Positions 30,622-39,622 of a stretch of DNA of 64,000 nucleotides are shown piece after piece. How positions within the stretch are numbered: position 1 is the stretch's first letter; the number at the start of each line of letters is the position of its first letter. The position numbers and the translations under genes were made by a program. The DNA is from Candidatus Poribacteria bacterium (GTDB lineage Bacteria; Poribacteria; WGA-4E; PCPOR2b). The stretch covers positions 3,488,001-3,552,000 of the forward strand of contig OZ244042.1 in assembly GCA_965215015.1 (NCBI GenBank), read 5' to 3'. The notes beneath the pieces are model-generated. The model was not told where the DNA came from. It was given only the letters and a program-made list of their open reading frames with translations, and did no database searches.

Positions 30622-30745
30622 TCGCGTTATACGAAATTGGCTCATGGAAAAAGAAAGTGCAAAGCGCAAAGAGAAGCCGAGCCTTGCCGAAAAAACTCGG
30701 TTTTTGGTGTCTTTGTAGAAAGTAAGAAAAGTTGGGAGCGATAGG

Positions 30746-31807
30746 ATGAACCTAAATAAGTTGTCACGAAAACACACCCTCACAAGTCTGGCAAAAACAT
30801 GCGGGTGAGCGGCGAAGGTCAGTCCAGTTGGACTAGGAGAACTCTTGGCAAAATTGCCGAAGAAAAAGGACCCGAATCTGCTCGTTGGATTTGAAACGAG
30901 CGACGATGCCGGCATCTACCGCCTCGATGATGAAATGGCACTGGTTACGACCGCCGATTTTATCACGCCGCCGGTGGATGACCCGTATCTGTTTGGTCAG
31001 ATTGCTGCAGCCAATTCAATCAGTGATATTTATGCAATGGGCGGCAGACCTGTGACCTGTCTGAATCTGGTGGGGTTTCCGGCGGATAAATTGGGTCCAG
31101 AAATCCTGCACGGAATTGTCGAAGGCGCGTTGAGCAAAATCACCGAAGCCGGCGCAGTCTTGGCGGGCGGGCATACGACCGACGATGAGGAGCCCAAGTT
31201 TGGGTTATCGGTCACTGGGATTGTGCATCCGGAAAAATATTGGCGAAATGTCGGTGCGGAACCGGGGGATGTACTGATCTTGACCAAACCGATTGGCAGC
31301 GGCGTGATTTTTAACGCCAATCTGAAAAACTGGGTGTCAGACCAAGCGTTAGACGAATGTATACAGACTCTCACGATGCTCAACAAGCAGGCGGCGTCGG
31401 TTATGGCTGACTTTGACATCCATGCGGTAACGGACATCACCGGATTCGGATTGGGTGGGCATGCATTGGAAATGGCGGAAGGGTCGGTTGTGACTTTGGA
31501 AATTCACACCGACGCCGTGCCGATTATGCGCGAGGCACTAGAGATGTACCAAAAAGGGATGCGGACCGGTGTCAACGCCGCCAATCGAGCCTTGATTGAA
31601 GATTCCGCACGTTTTGAAAAATCGCTCCCTCCATGGCATGAGGAAATCTTCGTTGATCCGCAGACCAGCGGTGGATTGCTGATGTCTGTGCCGGCTGCTC
31701 AAAGCGAATCGCTGTTGACGGTTCTACACAATGGGGGTGTGGCAAAAGCACAGGTTATTGGAGTTGTGAAGTCCTTTGTCGAACCGAACTATCTTGTTTT
31801 TGTATAA
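30746..31807 (+). CDS. selD: Selenide, water dikinase (selenophosphate synthetase), selenocysteine-containing (Sec21, TGA 30806-30808), 353 aa
   Basis: ATG 30746 in frame: MNLNKLSRKHTLTSLAKTCG-U-AAKVSP...; SDDAG, TADFITP, GGHT, LTKPIG, TDITGFGL, DPQTSGGLL. Confidence 0.95.
30809..30834 (+). promoter_or_regulatory. Putative bacterial SECIS of selD
   Basis: AGTCC-(AGTT)-GGACT hairpin; loop 17 nt after TGA with GT at loop positions 2-3. Confidence 0.65.
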
Positions 31808-31810
31808 ACT

Positions 31811-32761
31811 ATGAAAATCTGCTTAATTACCCCCGCCCCGACATACTCTCGGAAGGGCAACCGCGTGACAGCCCTGCGTTGGGCTCATATCTTACGAGAA
31901 CTAGGCCACCGCGTCATTATCGTTCAAGAATATCAAGGAGAGCGATGCGACCTGTTAGTCGCGCTCCACGCGCGCCGCAGCCACGCTTCTATTGCGCGTT
32001 TCCGCGTTGAACATCCAGAGCTGCCTCTCATCCTTGCCCTGACCGGAACAGACCTCTACGGTGATATTCATACGGACGCCTCCGCCCAGGAATCTCTGGA
32101 GATGGCGGATCGTTTTATTCTTTTGCAACCCGCAGGCGTTGAAGAACTCTCCGAGCATCTGCGTGACAAAGCGTGGGTAATCTATCAATCAATAACGGCA
32201 CCACCGGGTAAATTTTCTCCAAAAAAAAACGTTTTTGAGTTGTGAGTGCTGGGGCATCTGCGTCCCGTGAAGGACCCATTTCGCACTGCGATAGCAGCCC
32301 GAGGGCTGCCTCCATCATCCCAGATTCAGGTAGTGCATGTTGGGGGTGCACTCACCAACGACATGAAAACCGAGGCAGATGCTGAAGCAGCCACCAATCC
32401 ACGTTACCGTTGGTTGGGTGAACTCCCACGCTGGCGGGCCCTCCGCGTCCTCGCACGGAGTCGGGTTCTCGTGCTGACCTCGCGAATGGAGGGAGGGGCG
32501 AATGTGGTTTCCGAGGCAATAGCGTGTTCCGTTCCCGTCATTTCGTCGCGGATATCTGGCTCGATCGGTCTCTTGGGAGAGGATTATCCGGGCTACTTCC
32601 CGGTAGGAGAGACACAGGCGTTGACGGAGCTGCTCATACGTGTTGAGACGGATACCGCTTTTTATAACACACTCAAAGCATGGTGCGAAAGATTAAAGCC
32701 GATTGTTAATCCTGACCGTGAACGTCAGAGTTGGAAACGTCTGCTGAAGGACTTACAGTAA
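31811..32761 (+). CDS. senB: SenB-like selenosugar synthase (GT-B glycosyltransferase, TIGR04348-like); putative selenoprotein with Sec145 (TGA 32243-32245), 316 aa
   Basis: GNRVTALRW, ALHARRS, LTGTDLY, FEL-[TGA]-VLGHLRPVKDP, SRMEGGANVVSEA, GLLGEDYPGYFPVG; starts 3 bp after selD; the two listed ORFs are contiguous and in frame. Confidence 0.85.
32246..32287 (+). promoter_or_regulatory. Putative bacterial SECIS of the senB-like gene
   Basis: GTCC-(CGTGAA)-GGAC hairpin with loop 20 nt after TGA and GT at loop positions 2-3; possible outer GTGC/GCAC stem. Confidence 0.55.
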
Positions 32762-32809
32762 ACCTTTAGGGGGGATAATGTTCAATCTATTGGATCGGTG
32801 GAGACAGGT

Positions 32810-33781
32810 ATGAAAAAGGTTAGCGTTGTGGGTGCCGGTGCGTGGGGAACTGCGCTCGCTGTTACGGCGGCGCGTGCCAGTAGCGAAGTCACCTTATGGG
32901 CGCGTGAGCCGGAGGTTGTGGCATCTATCAACGAACAACAGGAAAATAAAATGTTCCTTCCCGGTATCAAGCTGCCCGACACTATCCATGCGGTCAACGA
33001 TTTAGGTGCGATGCTGGCGCAGGATGCTCTGTTGATGGTAGTGCCTGCCCAATATGTGCGGGGCACCTGTGAGCAGCTGGCTTCAGCCGGTTTGGAGGCC
33101 TCTCGCCCCATAGTTATTTGCAGCAAGGGGATAGAACAACAGCACTTGAAACTGATGAGCGAAGTTGTGGCAGAGCACTTCCCCAATCCGCTGGCGATAC
33201 TCAGCGGACCCACCTTTGCGGTGGAGGTGGCAAGAGGATTGCCCGCTTCGGTGACACTTGCATGTGGAAACCTAGAGCTTGGGCGAAAACTAGCACGGTT
33301 GGTAACGCACCCAAAATTCAGCGTCTATCATTCCGACGATGTGGTAGGCCCCCAAATCTGTGGTGCCATGAAAAATGTCATTGCCATCGCTTGCGGTATT
33401 GTCGAAGGCAAAGGGCTCGGAGAAGGTGCGAAAGCCGCGTTAATCGCCGAAGGTTTGGCGGAGATAAGCCAACTATGTGTTGCCAAAGGCGGCAAACCTG
33501 AAACAGCGATGGGACTATGCGGTCTTGGGGACCTAATCCTGACTTGTAACAGTCATACTTCGCGCAATATGTCTTTGGGTTACGCATTGGGACAGGGGAA
33601 AACTTTGGAGGAGATTTTGTGTGAACGAAAAAGCGTTGCCGAAGGTGTTGCATCGTCCAACGCTGTGGCGGGCTTAGCAGTCCAATTGGGTATTCGGTTG
33701 CGGATCTGTGGGATTATTGATCAGATTGTGCGGGGCGATGCAGATGGAGATCAGATGCTCTTGGAACTTGTTCAGGGCTGA
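32810..33781 (+). CDS. gpsA: NAD(P)H-dependent glycerol-3-phosphate dehydrogenase
   Basis: GAGAWGTALA, CSKGIE, LSGPTFA, KNVIAIACG, GLGDLILTC, SRN. Confidence 0.93.
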   Translation: MKKVSVVGAGAWGTALAVTAARASSEVTLWAREPEVVASINEQQENKMFLPGIKLPDTIHAVNDLGAMLAQDALLMVVPAQYVRGTCEQLASAGLEASRPIVICSKGIEQQHLKLMSEVVAEHFPNPLAILSGPTFAVEVARGLPASVTLACGNLELGRKLARLVTHPKFSVYHSDDVVGPQICGAMKNVIAIACGIVEGKGLGEGAKAALIAEGLAEISQLCVAKGGKPETAMGLCGLGDLILTCNSHTSRNMSLGYALGQGKTLEEILCERKSVAEGVASSNAVAGLAVQLGIRLRICGIIDQIVRGDADGDQMLLELVQG

Positions 33782-33907
33782 AAACGGAAACACCGGTTGA
33801 GGTGCTATTATTGTCTGAATCACGGATTAAGCAGATGATGCGGAGGACACACGGACTTGCGCCGTTGACCTCTCGAGGCCTTGTCGGTCTATACTCATAT
33901 CTCGACA

Positions 33908-34210
33908 ATGATTAAATATACCCCATTGACCCTTGATGAAATTCCCGAAGATGAGCAGGAAGCACTCCTCACAAAGGTTGCCACGGAGATTGTGAAACGA
34001 CGCCTGACTGTGCCTGCGATTTTATTCTTGGAAACTTGTAAACCGATCAACTTTATCGGCAGTCAAATGCTTATTGCGCTCAACCCTTTTGTAACTTCAA
34101 TTTTTAACACCGCCGAATATCAAAAATTTGCCTTGATCATTGAAAAAGACGCAAACGTTGAGTTGCTGACTCAACTCATTGAGAAATTAGACGGAGAGGA
34201 GAAAGAATAG
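33908..34210 (+). CDS. Hypothetical protein translationally coupled to the GlmL-like gene
   Basis: ORF ending 1 bp before the next start; PAILFLETCKPINFIGSQ. Confidence 0.75.
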   Translation: MIKYTPLTLDEIPEDEQEALLTKVATEIVKRRLTVPAILFLETCKPINFIGSQMLIALNPFVTSIFNTAEYQKFALIIEKDANVELLTQLIEKLDGEEKE

Positions 34211-34211
34211 G

Positions 34212-36020
34212 ATGTCGGACCAGGCACAGGGGATACGCTCGATCCTCGCGACGGATTGTGGTAGCACCACCACGAAAGCCATCTTGATCGAGAAACGGGG
34301 GGACGAATACCATCTTGTGGTTCGTGGGGAGGCGCCAACGACGGTTGAGGCACCGGTAGAGGATGTCACCGCCGGGGTAATCAACGCGATAACAGAGGTC
34401 GAGGAGCTCGCTGGGCGCAGGCTCTTGAAGGACGGGCAGATTCTCAAGCCGCAACGAGGAAATGAGGGCACAGACCTGTATATCTCGACGAGTAGCGCGG
34501 GCGGTGGTTTGCAGATGATGGTCGCGGGTGTCGTGCGGAACCTGACCGCCGAGAGCGCGGAACGTGCCGCACTGGGTGCTGGTGCGATTGTCATGGACGT
34601 GATCGCTTCCAACGACAAGCGCCTTCCCCACGAGAAGATTGAGCGCATCCGACATCTTCGGCCGGATATGGTGCTTCTTTCGGGCGGTGTTGACGGAGGG
34701 ACAACCTCTCACGTTGCGGAGTTAGCGGAAATCATTGAGGCGGCAAATCCCAGACCCCGCTTGGGGGTGAGTTATGAATTGCCGGTGATTTATGCCGGAA
34801 ACAAGGATGCACGCGAAGTTGTCGATGAACGGCTTGGCGATAAAATGGCACTAGAGGTGGTTGATAACCTGCGTCCAGTTTTGGAACGCGAAAATCTGAT
34901 GCCGACCCGTCTGAAGATTCAAGATCAGTTTCTAGAGCATGTCATGGCGCACGCCCCCGGCTACAGGAAATTAATCTCTTGGACCGATGCGCCGATTATG
35001 CCGACGCCCGGTGCTGTCGGCGCAATTATGCAAACGATCGCTGCGCAGCAGAATATCGAGGTGCTTGGTGTGGATATCGGGGGCGCAACAACAGATGTGT
35101 TCTCTGTCTTCAGAAATCAAGAGGGTGAGGCGATTTTTAACCGCACGGTGAGTGCCAATCTGGGGATGAGCTACAGTATCTCCAACGTTCTCGCGGAGGC
35201 GGGGATGGAGAACGTTTTGCGGTGGGTACCCTTTGATATTGATGTCGGCAATCTTGGGAATCGAATCAAGAATAAAATGATAAGACCGACAACGATTCCG
35301 CAGACATTGGAGGAGCTAATTATTGAGGGCGCGATTGCGCGTGAAGCCTTGCGATTGGCGTTTGATCAGCACAAGCAACTTGCGGTCGAACTGCGTGGGG
35401 TGCAGCAGCAGCGCACCATCTCCGAAGCGTTCTCCCAATCCGAGACCGGCGCGACACTTGTGGATATGCTTTCGTTGGACCTGATTGTCGGAAGCGGCGG
35501 CGTACTTTCCCACGCGCCACGCCGGAATCAGGCGATGTTGATGATGATTGACGCATTCCAGCCGGAAGGGGTGACCCACCTCGCTGTCGATAGCATTTTT
35601 ATGATGCCCCAACTCGGTGTGCTGGCTCAGGTCAACGAAGCGGCGGCGACGCAGGTCTTTGCGCGTGATTGTCTCATCCACTTAGGCACTTGCATTGCAC
35701 CGGTCGGGGTTGCCGCCCCCGGTGATTTGGGTGTCACAATCACCGGCGATTTGACGGAAACCGTGCCATTTGGCGAATTGCGTCTCTATCCGTTGGGTGT
35801 TGGGGAGAAGGCACGGGTGACAATCCAACCTGAACGTCGTCTCGACATGGGGGCGGGACGTGGACAGCTGGTGGAAGCGGAGGTCGAAGGGGGCGTAGTC
35901 GGCTTGGTAGTGGATACGCGCGGGCGTCCCCTCGAAGTTTCTAATCCGTCCACCGAGCGTGTCGCACTACTCAAAAGGTGGTTCCAAGCGTTGGAGGTAT
36001 ATCCCGAAAGGTTCATATAA
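34212..36020 (+). CDS. Glutamate mutase L (GlmL/MutL-type ASKHA-fold accessory) family protein
   Basis: ATDCGSTTTK, SSAGGGL, LSGGVDGG, MPTPGAV, GVDIGGATTDVFS. Confidence 0.82.
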   Translation: MSDQAQGIRSILATDCGSTTTKAILIEKRGDEYHLVVRGEAPTTVEAPVEDVTAGVINAITEVEELAGRRLLKDGQILKPQRGNEGTDLYISTSSAGGGLQMMVAGVVRNLTAESAERAALGAGAIVMDVIASNDKRLPHEKIERIRHLRPDMVLLSGGVDGGTTSHVAELAEIIEAANPRPRLGVSYELPVIYAGNKDAREVVDERLGDKMALEVVDNLRPVLERENLMPTRLKIQDQFLEHVMAHAPGYRKLISWTDAPIMPTPGAVGAIMQTIAAQQNIEVLGVDIGGATTDVFSVFRNQEGEAIFNRTVSANLGMSYSISNVLAEAGMENVLRWVPFDIDVGNLGNRIKNKMIRPTTIPQTLEELIIEGAIAREALRLAFDQHKQLAVELRGVQQQRTISEAFSQSETGATLVDMLSLDLIVGSGGVLSHAPRRNQAMLMMIDAFQPEGVTHLAVDSIFMMPQLGVLAQVNEAAATQVFARDCLIHLGTCIAPVGVAAPGDLGVTITGDLTETVPFGELRLYPLGVGEKARVTIQPERRLDMGAGRGQLVEAEVEGGVVGLVVDTRGRPLEVSNPSTERVALLKRWFQALEVYPERFI

Positions 36021-36100
36021 AAAGAAAGTACAAAATGCGAAGATTACCCCAATTTTTGTCAAAAACGCAGGTTCTGTTGCACCATTTCTTAACATGAATT
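36010..36100 (+). mobile_element. Family A MITE-like element overlapping the GlmL-like stop codon
   Basis: Aligns with 15277-15367. Confidence 0.65.
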
Positions 36101-36160
36101 TACAGAAATGGTCAGATAGGATTAAAGGGAGACAAATTTACCCCTAAGGAGTATCTTATT

Positions 36161-37144
36161 GTGGCATCAAGGCAGATTAATCTTTTCGACCGCGTCATGA
36201 AAATCTTGGGACGGCATTACGCGGAATCGTTTCTGAAACTTGCTTTTCCCGATACCATTTTCCAACTGGTCGGAACGCTGGAAAATGTCGAAATCACCCT
36301 ACCAGATCGGCGCGTTGACTTTCTCCATAGACTTCAGTTCGGAGGGGAGGAATATTTGCTCCACTTTGAGTTTCAACTTCAACATAGGACTGATTATCCC
36401 CGCAATGTTTTTACTTTTTCAGGTGGACTGACGGATCAACATCAGAGGCCAACAATTACTATCGTTTTGTATCTAGAGCGGCGAGAGTCGGACCCACCTA
36501 GTGAATATGTCGTTCAAATCGGGGAATGGGTTATCCACCGGTTCACCTATCCGATCCTAAAGCTATGGGATTATACAGACCGTATCCGTTCTGGAGAGTT
36601 AAGAGAGTTTGCGCCGTTACTGATTATGTTGGAACCAGAGAAGACGGAAGCGGTACTGCATCAAGAAAGGGAACTAATTTTGCAGGAAACCCATCCGCAG
36701 AAACGAGCGGATTCATTGGCAACAGCGGTGATGATCGCGTCCCGCTATTTTGACCTTAATTGGTTGTGGGACTTTTTTGGAGAGGAGGTGGAACAGATGC
36801 GCCAATCTGGTTTTATCACTGACTGGATCGAGGATGGCATCCAGCGAGGACTCCAGCAAGGGCTAGAGCAAGGGCTAGAGCAAGGGCTAGAGCAAGGGCT
36901 AGAGCAAGGGCTAGAGCAAGGGCTAGAGCAAGGACTGGAGCAGGGACTGGAGCAAGGACTCCAGCAAGGGAAGCGGTTACTCCTAATCCAGCAGCTTATG
37001 GCAAAATTTGGGGCACTGCCTGAATCCGTAACGGATCAAATTCAGGGGATGACCGTGGATGAAGAACTGGATCAGCTAGGGGTTCGTCTCTTGACAGCAG
37101 AAACCCTTGAAGAGATGGGGCTTGATGGTAGAGGGTCTCATTGA
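36161..37144 (+). CDS. Rpn/YhgA-like PD-(D/E)XK nuclease with GLEQ repeats and a DUF4351-like tail
   Basis: RRVDFL...LLHFEFQ, (GLEQ)n, QQLMAKFGALP...LLTAETLEE. Confidence 0.8.
   Translation: MASRQINLFDRVMKILGRHYAESFLKLAFPDTIFQLVGTLENVEITLPDRRVDFLHRLQFGGEEYLLHFEFQLQHRTDYPRNVFTFSGGLTDQHQRPTITIVLYLERRESDPPSEYVVQIGEWVIHRFTYPILKLWDYTDRIRSGELREFAPLLIMLEPEKTEAVLHQERELILQETHPQKRADSLATAVMIASRYFDLNWLWDFFGEEVEQMRQSGFITDWIEDGIQRGLQQGLEQGLEQGLEQGLEQGLEQGLEQGLEQGLEQGLQQGKRLLLIQQLMAKFGALPESVTDQIQGMTVDEELDQLGVRLLTAETLEEMGLDGRGSH
36797..37144 (+). CDS. Putative internally initiated small protein (Rpn-S-like antitoxin), 115 aa
   Basis: In-frame ATG 36797 preceded by GAGGAGG at 36782-36788. Confidence 0.6.
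   Translation: MRQSGFITDWIEDGIQRGLQQGLEQGLEQGLEQGLEQGLEQGLEQGLEQGLEQGLQQGKRLLLIQQLMAKFGALPESVTDQIQGMTVDEELDQLGVRLLTAETLEEMGLDGRGSH
36848..36967 (+). repeat. 12-bp coding tandem repeat x10 (GGGCTAGAGCAA core) encoding GL(E/Q)Q
   Basis: Six identical and four variant units. Confidence 0.95.
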
Positions 37145-37339
37145 GAGAAGGTAAATGGCTGCGCTAATCCGGTTCTATCACCGATTGGATTGAGATTGTG
37201 TCATCTGCCAAAGTCGCTTTGAAGCCTTTGGAAGGTTGCGCGCCAGTCCATAATTTCTGCCTTTGCGCCCTATCAGTGTGTTTCATGAATGTGGATTATT
37301 GGGGCAACAAACAGACACTCAGAACAGGAGAAACCGACG

Positions 37340-38167
37340 ATGCCCATAACAGATGCGCTGCCGGAAATGAAGCGAGAACTCAAATTCTTTCCGGTCACGA
37401 ATGAAAATCCCCAAAAACTGACAGCGGAACAGATTCGCCAATTTAACGAAAAGGGCTACATCTTTCCGCTGGATATATTTACAGAAGCGGAGGTGATAGC
37501 AAACCGGGCGTATTTCGATCAGATTATGGGGATGGCAAAGGCAGCCGGCTTAAACAGTTATTCAATCAACGGTTGGCATCCTACTTGTCGGGGGATTTAC
37601 GATCTGGCACTAGACAGCCGCATCCTCGATTATGTGCAAGACCTGCTCGGCGAAAACCTGATCTGCACGATGACTCACTATTTCTGTAAGGAGCCGGGTG
37701 ATGAGAAACAGGTCACGTGGCATCAAGATGCCTCCTATTGGCCCCTCACCCCCAGCAAAGTCGTTACAGTTTGGTTGGCGATTGATGATGCAGATGAAGA
37801 AAATAGCGCGATGCGGGTTATCCCCGGCTCCCATTTACAGGGACAGATTCCCTTTGAGCACAGTACGGCGGAGGAGAACAACGTCTTGGGCCAGTCGGTG
37901 CATCAACCGGAAGATTATGGAGAGGCACCTGTCGCTTTTGAGATGAAGGCAGGTCAGATTTCGTTACACACCGATCTGTTGTTACATGGATCGGAGCCGA
38001 ATTCCTCGAATCGGCGGCGTTGCGGTCTCACCCTGCGCTACTTTCCGCCGGACGTGCGTGGGAGAGATCCGGAGCACGGTTCGGGTATCATTTGTCGTGG
38101 AGATGACAGCCGGGGCTATTGGCAGCACATTCCCAGACCTGAAGGCGATCAGATCCGGAGGACGTAG
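37340..38167 (+). CDS. Phytanoyl-CoA dioxygenase (PhyH) family Fe/2OG dioxygenase
   Basis: WHQDASYW, LLHGS, RRCGL. Confidence 0.9.
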   Translation: MPITDALPEMKRELKFFPVTNENPQKLTAEQIRQFNEKGYIFPLDIFTEAEVIANRAYFDQIMGMAKAAGLNSYSINGWHPTCRGIYDLALDSRILDYVQDLLGENLICTMTHYFCKEPGDEKQVTWHQDASYWPLTPSKVVTVWLAIDDADEENSAMRVIPGSHLQGQIPFEHSTAEENNVLGQSVHQPEDYGEAPVAFEMKAGQISLHTDLLLHGSEPNSSNRRRCGLTLRYFPPDVRGRDPEHGSGIICRGDDSRGYWQHIPRPEGDQIRRT

Positions 38168-38485
38168 AGCTTGGCCGATACCGTGCCAATTCTAAAAGGA
38201 ATAGCTCATGTCAAAGGAAAGTGCAAAACGTAAAAAGCGTGAAACGTAAAAATAATTGGTTCATCGGTGTAGTCGGGCTAGGAAACCTGTCCTGCGGATT
38301 GAAAAAACAATAGAAAACACAAAGAGAGACCGAGCCCCCTCTAATCCGAATACCTACACGGTTCTTTTCCCCCTGCTTTCGGGGGAGTTAGAGGGGGTGC
38401 GGAGGCATTTGACTGTGTAAGGTCTATAGATTTCAAATGGGACTTGGCTTCCAAGGCTTTGACCCAGATTAACAAGGAGAAAAAT

Positions 38486-39307
38486 ATGTCAGTTTTAAGT
38501 GCAGCAGATGTAGATTTTTGGGCAGAGAACGGTTACGTTGTTGTTCACAACGCGGTGCCCCCGGAAAACTGCAAGGCGGCCGAGCGTGCTGTCTGGGACT
38601 TCCTTGAAATGGATTCAGACAACCCAGAGACTTGGTATCCAGATCCACCACGTCGTGGCATTATGGTCGAGATTTATCAGGACCAAGCCCTGTGGGACAA
38701 TCGGCAATATCCCCGAATCCATCAAGTGTTTTCTGAGATTTGGGATACGGAGGAGCTGTGGGTCAGCTTCGATCGTGCCAGCTTGAACCCTCCAGAACGA
38801 CCGGATTATAAGTTTCCGGGTCCCCACCTGCACTGGGATATGCCTTTGGATATGCCGTTTGGTCTTAGGGTGCAAGGGGTGTTATATCTGACCGATACAC
38901 CTGCCAATCAGGGGGCATTCACCTGTATACCGGGCTTCCATCGGAAACTGGAAGATTGGCTCAACGGTCTTCCTGAGGATACGGATCCACGGCGGGTTAT
39001 CAAGCAAAGAGATGCTGATGCCGTGCCGATTGCGGGGAAAGCGGGGGATTTGGTTATTTGGCACAGTGCGCTGCCACACGGGAGCAGTCCGAACAGCAGC
39101 GATCGCCCTCGAATCGCGCAATATATCACCATGTCGCCGGCACCGAAGGATAATAAGGAAGCACGTCAGAACCGGATCACCGGCTGGCGAGAGCGACTGA
39201 CAGGACTAGGTAAGGAGGAAAAGGAGAAGGAACACTTCCAAGGCAAGACAGCAGAATTGACCCCGTTGGGACGAAAACTTTTGGGACTGGATTCTTGGGA
39301 AGATTGA
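38486..39307 (+). CDS. Phytanoyl-CoA dioxygenase (PhyH) family protein
   Basis: LHWD, GAFTCIPGFH, LPHGS..N...PR. Confidence 0.9.
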   Translation: MSVLSAADVDFWAENGYVVVHNAVPPENCKAAERAVWDFLEMDSDNPETWYPDPPRRGIMVEIYQDQALWDNRQYPRIHQVFSEIWDTEELWVSFDRASLNPPERPDYKFPGPHLHWDMPLDMPFGLRVQGVLYLTDTPANQGAFTCIPGFHRKLEDWLNGLPEDTDPRRVIKQRDADAVPIAGKAGDLVIWHSALPHGSSPNSSDRPRIAQYITMSPAPKDNKEARQNRITGWRERLTGLGKEEKEKEHFQGKTAELTPLGRKLLGLDSWED

Positions 39308-39622
39308 ATAACTCAAGTTGCTAGGTAGCCCGTAGGTCGAGCTTCCATACTCGCTCGACGACTACTAGAAACGACCAAATTTACCTAAAATTACTATTAT
39401 CACCCTAATGTGATACACATATCGCTTCGCTGGGGCTTCTTGTTGGTGCATTGGTTGATTGGGGACTGATGAACCTATACTGCGTGCGCTTCCCTCCGAT
39501 AAAATCGGGGGTTCAAAGCGACTAGAGCGGGAGGCAGCACTTGACGGTTGGGGAGATCGCGCCCCTACAGGAAAACCGATGGATTTCCAATATCTAGAAC
39601 TTAGGTTAATTTATGGAGGTTT

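Noticed and set aside
29831-32245. Genome-wide reassignment of TGA (Trp/Gly code) as the explanation for the in-frame stops
   Set aside because: TGA terminates many intact genes here (e.g. ending 12684, 19772, 33781, 40666, 49363). The internal TGAs seen are confined to the selD cluster and have downstream hairpins.
32810-33781. gpsA as part of the selenium pathway
   Set aside because: Canonical housekeeping motifs; adjacency alone is insufficient evidence.
36848-36967. 12-bp repeats as a CRISPR or non-coding array
   Set aside because: They are an in-frame coding repeat typical of Rpn-family proteins.
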